From contig JAGORM010000001.1 in NCBI GenBank assembly GCA_018062815.1, positions 16,301-80,300 of the forward strand: 64,000 nt of DNA, read 5' to 3'. Shown here piece by piece: positions 1 to 8,843 of this stretch. Source of the DNA: Candidatus Levyibacteriota bacterium (GTDB taxonomy: Bacteria > Patescibacteriota > Microgenomatia > Levybacterales > GWA1-39-11). Numbering within the stretch: the stretch's first letter is position 1; each line of letters begins with the position of its first letter. Both the position numbers and the translations under genes were made by a program. The notes under the pieces are model-generated. The model was not told the origin of the DNA, did not search any database, and saw nothing but the letters and a program-made list of their open reading frames with translations.

Positions 1-1641
1 AGTTTCCACCTCTGAGGAATTTTGTTTCAGTAGGATTTGCATGGAAGAATTAGATAAAATTGCTTTACCGTAGTCTGAGGATAAAAAGTCTTCTATGTCC
101 TGGGTAAGAGTGGTAACACCCAAATAGTATTTTCTTGCGCGCTTAGCAATTCCCTGTAAAAATGCCGCGGAGTCAGGGTTTTTCATAAGGTACCATGCCT
201 CATCAACTATTAAAATACGTTTTTTAAGTTTAGTCCTAACCCTATTCCAGATAAAATCCAAAATCACCTGCATTGCTACAGGTCGAAGAGACTCCTCCAG
301 TTGTTTTATGGAAAAAACAGTAAGCTGATTTTTGACATCATAGTTAGTTTGTGAATTTAATAATCCGGCAAACCCTCCTTTAATGTATTTTTCCAGTCTA
401 AAAGCTAAATCCTTTGCGTCTGCTTCTTCCATGTTCAGAAGAGTTTTGTATAGATCCTCAAGAATGGGAGGCTCATTTCCAAAAGTTGAAGGGTCAGGAA
501 TTATACCTTTTTGCTTATAGCATAAAACCAGTGCTCGGTCTAAAATTGCCTCCTGGGTTGGGGAAAATTCGCCAAGCATAATCTTAAGAAGTGAGTGAAG
601 GGCTAAAAATTTTATTCCAAGCTGCGCTTCGGTTCTGTCGTCTGAAAGAAGGGCGAACGGATTAATTTTTACTTCAGAGTCCTTTGAGAAGGAGATATAT
701 TCTCCGTCAAGGCCGTGACAGAGGGCTTTATACTCATCCTCAGGGTCTATGATAAGAATTTCTGTGTCAAACATCATTTGGCGCAATACTTCAAGCTTTA
801 CTAAAAACGATTTTCCAGAGCCTGATTTTCCAAAAACAACCGAATTTGCATTTTCAAAGGAGAAGCGGTCCACAATGATAAGTGAGTTATTAAGCGTGTT
901 TACACCATAAAAAATGCCGTTTGGCTGAGAGATTTCGTAGGATGTGAACGGAAACGTTGAGGCAACGGATGTGGTGTCCATATTCCGTGTGATGAACAAT
1001 TTGTCCTCACCTAAAGGAAGTGTTGTTTTAAAACCATCTTCCATTTGAAGCGTTGCTGGTTTTATAACAAGTAAATTTGACGCAAGTAGGGAGGTCAGTT
1101 CATTAGTTTTTTTATCAAGCTCATCAACAGTTTTTGCGGAAAGCGTTACATAAAGCCCGAATTGAAAAAACCGCTCAAGTCCGCGCGCCAACTCCTCACG
1201 TAGAGCAATCGCGTCTTCAAGAGATGCTCTGACCTTGGGGTCAGGTTCTATGCCGTTTTTCATGTCTGATTCAATTGTTGCCTCCATTTCTCCGATTTTG
1301 CGTTTCAAATTGGAGAGAATATCCTTACTTTCGACAGGATATATAAACATAGATACATTCATGGTTTCCTTATAGTCTATGAGTATGGAGAGCCAGTTTG
1401 GGGAAACTTCACGCGGATAATCAATTACAATAAACGTTCTATAGAATGCGTCTCCTACCCTGATGTACTTAAAATCTACTTCAACTGATGAAGGAGCAAG
1501 AAGGTCTATCAGAGACACAGATCCGCTCTTTAATCTTTCAACTCCTCGTGCGACTTGTGGTTGTGTGCTTTCTGGTGTTCCATTAGCCGTTTGTGCAGTT
1601 GTATTTTTTTCTGTTTGTTTTTTCTTTCCAATTCCTAACAT
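1..1641 (-). CDS. virB4: VirB4/TrbE/CagE-family type IV secretion ATPase; C-terminus runs off the window start
   Basis: Manual minus-strand translation from ATG at 1641: MLGIGKKKQTEK... Walker A (FGKSGSGKSF) and Walker B (LIVDEAWYLM). The N-terminal region has the VirB4/TraC N-domain pattern. No stop codon before coordinate 1. Confidence 0.8.
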   Translation of the reverse strand, partial: MLGIGKKKQTEKNTTAQTANGTPESTQPQVARGVERLKSGSVSLIDLLAPSSVEVDFKYIRVGDAFYRTFIVIDYPREVSPNWLSILIDYKETMNVSMFIYPVESKDILSNLKRKIGEMEATIESDMKNGIEPDPKVRASLEDAIALREELARGLERFFQFGLYVTLSAKTVDELDKKTNELTSLLASNLLVIKPATLQMEDGFKTTLPLGEDKLFITRNMDTTSVASTFPFTSYEISQPNGIFYGVNTLNNSLIIVDRFSFENANSVVFGKSGSGKSFLVKLEVLRQMMFDTEILIIDPEDEYKALCHGLDGEYISFSKDSEVKINPFALLSDDRTEAQLGIKFLALHSLLKIMLGEFSPTQEAILDRALVLCYKQKGIIPDPSTFGNEPPILEDLYKTLLNMEEADAKDLAFRLEKYIKGGFAGLLNSQTNYDVKNQLTVFSIKQLEESLRPVAMQVILDFIWNRVRTKLKKRILIVDEAWYLMKNPDSAAFLQGIAKRARKYYLGVTTLTQDIEDFLSSDYGKAILSNSSMQILLKQNSSEVET

Positions 1642-1678
1642 ACTATAAAATAACCCCTTTCATTATGTGTAATAAGCG

Positions 1679-2293
1679 CTACACTATAATATTTTTAACG
1701 TCATTTGTTGAGAAGTCTACGTTCATAGTCGTTTGGTTGAAAAGTTCAAAAAATACCCGTCCTAATTCCTCTGCCTTAATGACTCTGCTTGAAAGACCGA
1801 TTCGTTCAATCTGCGTCATAACATTTGTTCTTTTAGTTGCAATCGCCTCTGTAATCCGCATTTCATGTGTCTTTTTGTTGCCTCCTGATGTTGGCCCTAG
1901 CTCTAATGCGTTAAATGGGATTACCACATATGTTTTTTTATCCAATAGTCCGTCTTCTTTTATAAGCTCTTGAATGAAGTCTTTGTATAGTCTTAAGTGT
2001 TCAGCTACTCGTGCGTTTTGAGTAATTGTAATTTTGTGATCAAGGGAGGCAACATATGATGAAAGGTCAATCCTTTTGGAGACAATTACAATTTGGATCG
2101 CAAAAGAAAGAGAATTTAAAAGAGACATGTATCCATATATGCGCGCGTTTTGTTCGTCTTGCGAGAGTAGAAAAAAATTGACGGATGATACTTCCAGAAT
2201 AGAGCATGCATTTTTTCCTTTCAGCAATACGGTATCATCCCGAATGTCTTCGATCTCAATAAATGATTGCGTTGTAGACTTAATTTTAGCCAT
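1679..2293 (-). CDS. Hypothetical T4SS-associated protein; the 204-aa sequence resembles a VirB4 N-terminal domain
   Basis: ORF track; lies between the VirB3-like gene and virB4. The segment IRDDTVLLKGKNACSILEVSSVNFFLLSQDEQ matches the VirB4/TrbE N-domain pattern. No ATPase motifs. Confidence 0.4.
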   Translation of the reverse strand: MAKIKSTTQSFIEIEDIRDDTVLLKGKNACSILEVSSVNFFLLSQDEQNARIYGYMSLLNSLSFAIQIVIVSKRIDLSSYVASLDHKITITQNARVAEHLRLYKDFIQELIKEDGLLDKKTYVVIPFNALELGPTSGGNKKTHEMRITEAIATKRTNVMTQIERIGLSSRVIKAEELGRVFFELFNQTTMNVDFSTNDVKNIIV

Positions 2294-2302
2294 GGACAGG
2301 TT

Positions 2303-3418
2303 TTATAGAGTATTATGTGCTACTCCAAATAATTCACGTCTTAATTTTTCGCGTTGATCAACGGATATTACCTGAATAGGTTGAGCCACTGATCCGTCAA
2401 GCGTTATTCTTTTGTCTTGAAAGTCCTGTTTTTTTAACGTGTCTTCCATGTGTAGCGTATACATTCCGTTTGGAAGCGGAGTTGCTGCTCTAAAAAAACC
2501 ATTTGCATCAGTTCGGAACGTTCTAAGTGGCACATTTTGAGTATCAAGCACTTCCACAATGATATGAGGTAGCGGTTTTCCTCTTGGGTCAAGTATTTTG
2601 CCTTGTAAAATGTTTGCTATGTCTATGCCCCCCACAGACACTTGGGGAGGTGCTACTTGAGTTGTAGGTGGCGCTTCATCTGCTGCAGTAGTAGGGGTAG
2701 TAGTTTGAGCAGTTTTAACAGCGGGTGCTGTTTGGTTTGTAGTTTCCTGTACTGGAGGAATCGGAGTTTCCGCATGAGGGGTAGATAGTTTCTGTGTTTC
2801 AACTTCTGACACATGCGTAGCGTATGCAGGAGAAGTAGTTATCGCAGAAGCTTTTTTTTCATCTGCAATAACTTTGGTTGTAGCGCCGCCTTGTTGCATA
2901 GAACCATCTTTAAAAAGGTTATTTACGTTTTCTACCTGAGATTTTTCATCAGCATCAGGCTTAAAGTAAGAGCTTGCAAGTTGATTAAAAAGCTTTGCTT
3001 TTTGTACAGCTGCGCTGTCCTCAGAGGTTGAGCTGGTAATGTTAGTGTGAGAAGGAGGAATAAATGTAAAGTATGGCATTTGCGTTCCGTGTTTTTTATA
3101 AATATACTGATTTTCCGCGGGAATTGCCTTAAAAAAGTTGAAAAGCATTTTGTCCATAGGCCTTCCGTCAATAGGTACAAATGCCAGGCAAAGACCAACA
3201 CCCCCTGAGAGAAACATAAATGGAAGCTTTAATAAAAATGGAATTGGAAAGAAATAGAACAAAAGTGCAAAAACCCCGCCACCTAAAAGATATAGAAACT
3301 GCTTTACCGTAACAGATCCTATAAGCCTAAATTTAAATCCTGTAACATCCTGCGGGATTGGGTGATTTTCCATATAGTACAGGGTATAACGTGAAACATA
3401 TGCTTTCAAGATTATCAA
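2303..3418 (-). CDS. VirB3/PrgI-like two-TM membrane protein with a Pro/Thr-rich linker and a C-terminal carboxypeptidase-regulatory-like beta-sandwich domain
   Basis: N-terminal FRLIGSVTVKQFLYLLGGGVFALLFYFFPIP hairpin, typical of PrgI/VirB3 proteins encoded just upstream of virB4. The C-terminus GKILDPRGKPL..TDANGFFRA..LPNGMYTL is CarboxypepD_reg-like. Confidence 0.45.
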   Translation of the reverse strand: MIILKAYVSRYTLYYMENHPIPQDVTGFKFRLIGSVTVKQFLYLLGGGVFALLFYFFPIPFLLKLPFMFLSGGVGLCLAFVPIDGRPMDKMLFNFFKAIPAENQYIYKKHGTQMPYFTFIPPSHTNITSSTSEDSAAVQKAKLFNQLASSYFKPDADEKSQVENVNNLFKDGSMQQGGATTKVIADEKKASAITTSPAYATHVSEVETQKLSTPHAETPIPPVQETTNQTAPAVKTAQTTTPTTAADEAPPTTQVAPPQVSVGGIDIANILQGKILDPRGKPLPHIIVEVLDTQNVPLRTFRTDANGFFRAATPLPNGMYTLHMEDTLKKQDFQDKRITLDGSVAQPIQVISVDQREKLRRELFGVAHNTL

Positions 3419-3621
3419 AATAGGTCAAAAAAAAGATAATCTGTGCGTAGCGTGAAAAGCGTTGTGTTTTCTTGACATGCGCTTATGTTTTGCCGTACCA
3501 TGAATAGTAGAATGTTTGTAGCGTTTCTGTTATTTTGATGTCAAGAAGAGTAGCATAAAGAATCCTATAATATCAGAATATAAATAGGTAAAAGACTCTT
3601 ATGTAGGAATATTTTATAAAC

Positions 3622-3966
3622 ATGGAATTTACACAGGAAAAGAAAAAAAAGGTTGAGAAAATGATTGTTGATTCAATGATAGATGCGGTAGGCGCAGGAT
3701 TTGTCCAGGAAGACGCTCTCCCCAATATTTCTGAGTTTGTATTAAGCAGGATGGATACTATAAAAAATGAAGAAGAATTAGTCGCATTCCTTATTGAGCT
3801 TTCTCAGAAATGGTCATTTTTCTTGCCGATTGAACGCTTCATTGAAGGGGAAGCAAAGGAAGTAGAAGATAGAAAATCAGTAGATAAGGCAGAAAATCTT
3901 ATAAAAGGTGGACAATTAGATCAAGCGCTGCAGGTTTTAAAAGCTGCAGAGAAAGGAGGACTTTAA
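3622..3966 (+). CDS. Hypothetical acidic protein (114 aa)
   Basis: ORF track; contiguous with the downstream gene (5-nt gap). No recognisable motif. Confidence 0.4.
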   Translation: MEFTQEKKKKVEKMIVDSMIDAVGAGFVQEDALPNISEFVLSRMDTIKNEEELVAFLIELSQKWSFFLPIERFIEGEAKEVEDRKSVDKAENLIKGGQLDQALQVLKAAEKGGL

Positions 3967-3970
3967 GTTT

Positions 3971-5917
3971 ATGTCAGCACCAACATCACCAGACATGGGG
4001 AAAATAAAACAAGAGGCTATTGTACGAGCAATAACCGGTAAAATTGAATTGACTGATGCTGAGAAGGGGGAAAAACAGCATGAAATGGCGGCAAAGATTG
4101 CCGAGAAAAGCTTGAGAAAAAAACGCGGAGATGAGGGTAATGATCACGCTTTTATGGAAGGGTTAAGAAATCAAAAAAAAGGAGTACAAGAAATCCCCAC
4201 AGGAGATGAGGTAAAAAAGGTAATTGAAGGTGCACATATTAGTGCTGAGGATAAAAACATTGCAGATCAAACAGAGGAAGTACTGCGGGCAGTTTTCTCA
4301 GGGGATAAGGCATACTTAGAGACTCAGGCAGCAAGAACAAGCGATTTTTTAATTGCTCCAATTCGGGAAATGATGGGAAGGGACCCTGTCTTTAAAGAGA
4401 TAGCAGATGGTATTGACAAGAGCCCTGCTTCTCTAAACCAATGGGTTGATTTTGTCACGGAGCAGTTAGATTCAGGTCGCAGACCAGGAGATAACTTGTT
4501 TATGGATGATCTTCAGGCAAAATACAAAACGTTTATGGAGAAGGACAGAGAAGATTCCGTAAGTACTACGGTGATTCAAAGAAAACTTGAAAGGCAGTCA
4601 GCAAAGGAAAAGGCATTAAACGATCAGTTTGAATCAAAATTAAAAGAGGCTGGTGCGAATAGGGATAGGAAAAATGAATTTGCAAGTACAGAAAAGGGTG
4701 CAGGAAAAGATTTAATAGATTTAACACAGAAAGCTGATGATGAGAAGAATGATAGAGAGCGGATAGAGCGTGAGCTTGGCGCACTAAACTCAGATAGGGC
4801 AAGAGCACAAGAAGACGCTCTTAGCCAGAATAACCTCATAAGAAAAGACGCTGAGGTAAAGTTGCGTGAATTAAGAGATAGTATCTCTAAAAAGGAGATA
4901 GAGCTGACTCCATTTAAACAAACAATTGATAAAAAAAATGCCTTGATTTCTGAAAGAGACGGATTGGATTCTGCATATACAAAAATTTTAGACGATCAAG
5001 ATAGTCTTGAAACTCAAATTGAAGTTGCGGGTAAAGAAAAAACAAAGATAGAGGCGCAGCTTGCAAATGCCGGAGGCGCAAAAGATAAAGAAAACTTTAT
5101 AAAGGAGTTTAAGGCTATTATGGGAGACGCGTTTAGAGACACAATGCTTGCCAGATTTGACGCGGAGCAGGCAGGCGTCAGTGAATCCCTGAAGGAGTTT
5201 ATAGAAGCAGCGCGCGATCCGCACGTTAAGGCAGCATTAGAACAACTTTGGGACAGTCATAATCGTTGGAAGGATTGGGATTCGGCTTGGAAGACCCGGC
5301 TAAAGATTCCTTATGGTCGTAAAGAGGAGCCTAAGATGCAAAAAGATCTTATGAGGGAAGATGTAGATATTTTACTCAAAGAGGGTCCTGAAGGTTTTAT
5401 GAGAAGATTTCTTCATCAAAAGATGGATCCTGATACAAAAAACGCAAGTCATCCTTACGGAATGGTGTACTCAAAAGAAAAGATAGATGAACTGATTTCA
5501 GATAAAGACTTTATGGATGCCGTACAGCCAAAGGCTGCAGGATTATTGGTTCGTCAGGCTGTTAAGGCAGGTGTGCTGTCTGAGCGTCAAATGGCAGAGT
5601 TGAGAGATACAGAATGGGGAATGAGCGCAATTGAAAGCGCACTCATGATGGACAAAACAGCTGTAGAGAGCGGTAGGGCACACCAGGCAATAGACTACAT
5701 AAAGAAACACCCAAAGTTTGCATGGTGGATGCTTTTCACTATCTTGTGGCCGCCGGCAGGGTTATTTGTTGCGGGAGCATATGCAGGTAAGGAAGTTGTC
5801 TCAGGGATGTTTTCAGGCAAAAATAAAGATCACGGAGGTCATGATAAAGCGCCTGTAAATGTTGAGCCGCCATCTTCACCTCAGGCAGTACAATTGCACC
5901 CCGCGCCTGCTCATTAG
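3971..5917 (+). CDS. Large coiled-coil, tail-anchored protein (C-terminal TM WWMLFTILWPPAGLFVAGAYAG)
   Basis: 648-aa ORF rich in K/E/D/R heptad-like segments with a single C-terminal hydrophobic helix. Only short ORFs, inferred spurious, lie on the opposite strand. Confidence 0.55.
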   Translation: MSAPTSPDMGKIKQEAIVRAITGKIELTDAEKGEKQHEMAAKIAEKSLRKKRGDEGNDHAFMEGLRNQKKGVQEIPTGDEVKKVIEGAHISAEDKNIADQTEEVLRAVFSGDKAYLETQAARTSDFLIAPIREMMGRDPVFKEIADGIDKSPASLNQWVDFVTEQLDSGRRPGDNLFMDDLQAKYKTFMEKDREDSVSTTVIQRKLERQSAKEKALNDQFESKLKEAGANRDRKNEFASTEKGAGKDLIDLTQKADDEKNDRERIERELGALNSDRARAQEDALSQNNLIRKDAEVKLRELRDSISKKEIELTPFKQTIDKKNALISERDGLDSAYTKILDDQDSLETQIEVAGKEKTKIEAQLANAGGAKDKENFIKEFKAIMGDAFRDTMLARFDAEQAGVSESLKEFIEAARDPHVKAALEQLWDSHNRWKDWDSAWKTRLKIPYGRKEEPKMQKDLMREDVDILLKEGPEGFMRRFLHQKMDPDTKNASHPYGMVYSKEKIDELISDKDFMDAVQPKAAGLLVRQAVKAGVLSERQMAELRDTEWGMSAIESALMMDKTAVESGRAHQAIDYIKKHPKFAWWMLFTILWPPAGLFVAGAYAGKEVVSGMFSGKNKDHGGHDKAPVNVEPPSSPQAVQLHPAPAH

Positions 5918-5960
5918 AAAAAAAGACACTTTCAGGGGAAACGTTTATGTTGTTTGTATT

Positions 5961-6308
5961 TTATTGTGTTTTAGGAGGACTCAACAATTGATTTAACCCT
6001 ACTCCCGTGAACTGAGACAAGAGATTTATCATGACAAATGACAGCATGATTATCACTAGCCCAATAATTGCGTAAGTGAGTCTTTTTCTTGCGTTGTCCA
6101 CTTTTTCTTTATCTCCTGAAGATGTTACATATTGGTAGCCTGAGTAAATGATAAGAAATACGGCAACCACGCCGGATAAGATGAGCGCTGCATTAATTAC
6201 ATTTTGTAGTACAACCCACACGCAAGATAAGGTAGCCACCCCTGTTCCGTTTGGGTCGCCTTCAATTTTTTTGACACATGATCCCCAATCTTTTGTAAAT
6301 AAATCCAT
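5961..6308 (-). CDS. VirB2/TrbC-like T4SS pilin (hairpin two-TM pilin)
   Basis: Motif YSGYQYVTSSGDKEKVDNARKRLTYAIIGLVIIMLSFVMIN: pilin-loop signature S-x-GD-x-x-K-x-x-x-A(R/K) between two hydrophobic helices. Confidence 0.65.
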   Translation of the reverse strand: MDLFTKDWGSCVKKIEGDPNGTGVATLSCVWVVLQNVINAALILSGVVAVFLIIYSGYQYVTSSGDKEKVDNARKRLTYAIIGLVIIMLSFVMINLLSQFTGVGLNQLLSPPKTQ

Positions 6309-6369
6309 ATGCTTTTAGCATAAAACAAATATGAGAGATAATTCAAGGGGAAAGGCAAGTAGTGCAGTA

Positions 6370-6834
6370 CTATTGATTTACCGAGGGACTAGGGCCATTT
6401 CGAAGTGAAGGTATTTCAAATCCAGTAGTAAGGTAATTACCTGTAAAGATGTAAAGGACAGCGTTTATAATAACGTAGGCTAGTATAACTATAATAAGTC
6501 CCACAATAGCCGCAACTATAGTAGAGCGTGCAGTATCAATTTTCCCTTTATCTCCTCCTGAAAGAATCCACCTGACGCCGCCATACAAAAGGAAAATAAG
6601 GGACAGGACAATTCCAATAACTATAATAGCGTTTATAATAAAAGCAATCAGTTCATTTGGTGTCACATCAATATTTCCGATTGATTTAGGTGACTTAATT
6701 ATTATAGGTTCAATAGTATCAGCAAAGACTGGAGTTGCTGTAACTGACATAAGAAGCGTACCAAAAGAAACTGACGCGGTATTTATAACTTTTTGCAGAC
6801 TCATATAATTATTAGAACATGTTTTTTTTTGCAT
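6370..6834 (-). CDS. VirB2/TrbC-like T4SS pilin paralog with signal peptide and short N-terminal extension
   Basis: LLYGGVRWILSGGDKGKIDTARSTIVAAIVGLIIVILAYVIIN, the same hairpin-pilin signature. Signal-peptide-like N-terminus. Confidence 0.6.
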   Translation of the reverse strand: MQKKTCSNNYMSLQKVINTASVSFGTLLMSVTATPVFADTIEPIIIKSPKSIGNIDVTPNELIAFIINAIIVIGIVLSLIFLLYGGVRWILSGGDKGKIDTARSTIVAAIVGLIIVILAYVIINAVLYIFTGNYLTTGFEIPSLRNGPSPSVNQ

Positions 6835-6848
6835 GTCAAGAAGCGTTA

Positions 6849-7175
6849 TTATTTTCCTAACTCTTGCAGTACCTGCGCACCCAGAATAAAGCCTATAATT
6901 CTTACAATAGTAAATGACAGAAGGATTATGATAAGCCCTACAATTGAATACGTGATAGTACGCCTAGCGCGGTCAATTTTAGTTTTGTCTCCTTGAGACG
7001 TAATCCACAAAACACCTGCATACAGCATAAAGATGAGAGAGGCAATAATTCCTATTACAACTATCATTCCTAATCCAAAACTAATAATATCAGACGGAGC
7101 ACTTGCTCCTGACGGGATGTTTTCAGGAGTTTGTACCTCTCCATACCCTGGTAGTGTTAAAGATAAGTATTTCAT
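6849..7175 (-). CDS. VirB2/TrbC-like T4SS pilin paralog
   Basis: MLYAGVLWITSQGDKTKIDRARRTITYSIVGLIIILLSFTIV signature. Confidence 0.65.
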   Translation of the reverse strand: MKYLSLTLPGYGEVQTPENIPSGASAPSDIISFGLGMIVVIGIIASLIFMLYAGVLWITSQGDKTKIDRARRTITYSIVGLIIILLSFTIVRIIGFILGAQVLQELGK

Positions 7176-7176
7176 A

Positions 7177-8802
7177 TTATTGAAGGCCAGGTATTCGTAA
7201 AATGTTTACACCAATAAACTCAAGTATTGCAATTGAGAGAATAATAAATATTAATCCTGTGATTGCAGCGGTTATTTGCTCACGTGCTTGTCCCACTTTT
7301 TCTTTATTTCCCGCGGATGTCATAATGGTGTATCCTGCGCGGATAAAGAAGAGAACAGCAGCTACTCCTCCGATAGACAGCACTATGGTAAATATGTCGC
7401 GTACAAAAAATTGAGGCTCAGTGCTGATTTTTATCCCAAGAGCAGTTGGAATTTTTTTACAATACCCAGTTGCTTTATCAATATCAACAGGATCGCAAAG
7501 TGGTCGGGGAGGGAACCATGGAATTGTGGCTCCCAACTCCTTGCCATATGGGTCTTTTATGATTGTACCTATTGAGCCTTCTCCTCCTCCACGGGCTATA
7601 GTAAATGTTATAAAATACAGAGTGAAATCGTTAGGCTCACAGGTGATACCATTTTTGTTTTTCTTTAAATCTCTCCCGTCTTTAATTTTTAATATATATT
7701 TCCCCTCAGTAAGTGTTGCAATAACATTTCCGTCAGAGTCTTTTGATTCAGGGCTTAAAAAAATGGTGGCTTTTCCTGTGCTTGCTTTTGGGTCTGCGCC
7801 TTTTTCAACAAGAAGGCATTTAGGCTCACTTCTATAGTCATTATCCATTCCCTCAATCTGCATCCAGTAGTCATTATATATGTCCTCATTTTTCCCCGAT
7901 TTAATGTTTCTTCCTTTCAGCTCTACTAAAAAATCCCAACCTTTTTTCATGTTGTCGGTATTAAGAAGTTTATTTTTCTCATCTCCCTTAGGGAGTACAA
8001 CTTCAGGGTAAAAATGACTGACATAAAAGTCTGCGTGCGCTTTTACGTCATTCGGATTGACGCTCTTACTATCTTTCCCCTGTGACAGATAAACATGATA
8101 AGTTTTTCCTGCATGGAACCAATCTCCATCTACCAGGTTAGTGCTTTCTGTGCAGTCTTCTTTTAGAGTTTTTTCTCCGTCCCCGCACAGCTTTGGTAGT
8201 ATGATAGTCCCGTTTGAAACTGTTGCTTCATTCCAATCGTCATCGCTGCAGTCCTCCGGCTTACTTTTAAGGCAATAAAAATATTTGGAATTTTTTGTAG
8301 GATTAGAAATATTTTTAAAATACACTGAAACAAAAGGAACGCTTTCGTCTATATATGGCTGGTTATTTTTCTTATCTTTTTCAAGTCCACGTGTAGCACC
8401 TAACCCTTTGCAAATGTAATAAGATTCAGAAGTTATACAGTCTTCAAGTGTGGGGTTATTGATTTCATCCAAAAATCTGTCTTCGTTAGTGTTCCCTTGT
8501 TCATCAGTGCAGGAGGTATTTGTAAAAAGATTTGCATCATCAATAGTTGCCGGAAATTTGCCGCCTAAAGTTCCCAGGTATGTGCAAATCGTGTTGCACG
8601 CTGTAGGGTTATCACCGGTAGCATATACGGTTGAGAGATCTTTCATTGAAACCAGAGTTCCCTTTACGGTTTTTTGTACGTTTTTTTGACCGGTGCAGAC
8701 ATCACTATAGTCACGTCCGGTAAATACAACACCTGCCGCGAATGTAGGGGGAACGTAGTACAGACAGATAAGAAGGAAGAAAAAAAGGATAAGTTTCTTC
8801 AT
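7177..8802 (-). CDS. Secreted Cys-rich ~450-aa extracellular domain fused to a C-terminal VirB2/TrbC-like pilin module; candidate tip adhesin or minor pilin
   Basis: Signal peptide MKKLILFFFLLICLYYVPPTFAAG and many Cys residues. C-terminus IRAGYTIMTSAGNKEKVGQAREQITAAITGLIFIILSIAIL carries the pilin signature. Confidence 0.6.
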   Translation of the reverse strand: MKKLILFFFLLICLYYVPPTFAAGVVFTGRDYSDVCTGQKNVQKTVKGTLVSMKDLSTVYATGDNPTACNTICTYLGTLGGKFPATIDDANLFTNTSCTDEQGNTNEDRFLDEINNPTLEDCITSESYYICKGLGATRGLEKDKKNNQPYIDESVPFVSVYFKNISNPTKNSKYFYCLKSKPEDCSDDDWNEATVSNGTIILPKLCGDGEKTLKEDCTESTNLVDGDWFHAGKTYHVYLSQGKDSKSVNPNDVKAHADFYVSHFYPEVVLPKGDEKNKLLNTDNMKKGWDFLVELKGRNIKSGKNEDIYNDYWMQIEGMDNDYRSEPKCLLVEKGADPKASTGKATIFLSPESKDSDGNVIATLTEGKYILKIKDGRDLKKNKNGITCEPNDFTLYFITFTIARGGGEGSIGTIIKDPYGKELGATIPWFPPRPLCDPVDIDKATGYCKKIPTALGIKISTEPQFFVRDIFTIVLSIGGVAAVLFFIRAGYTIMTSAGNKEKVGQAREQITAAITGLIFIILSIAILEFIGVNILRIPGLQ

Positions 8803-8843
8803 ACCTTAATCATAGGGGTTTGCCCTTTCTAAAGTCAAGAAAT

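Noticed and set aside
4566-5224. Three minus-strand ORFs (80, 71, 78 aa) inside the 648-aa plus-strand gene
   Set aside because: They are embedded antisense in a long uninterrupted ORF and are low-complexity and hydrophobic, typical of shadow ORFs opposite K/E-rich coding sequence.
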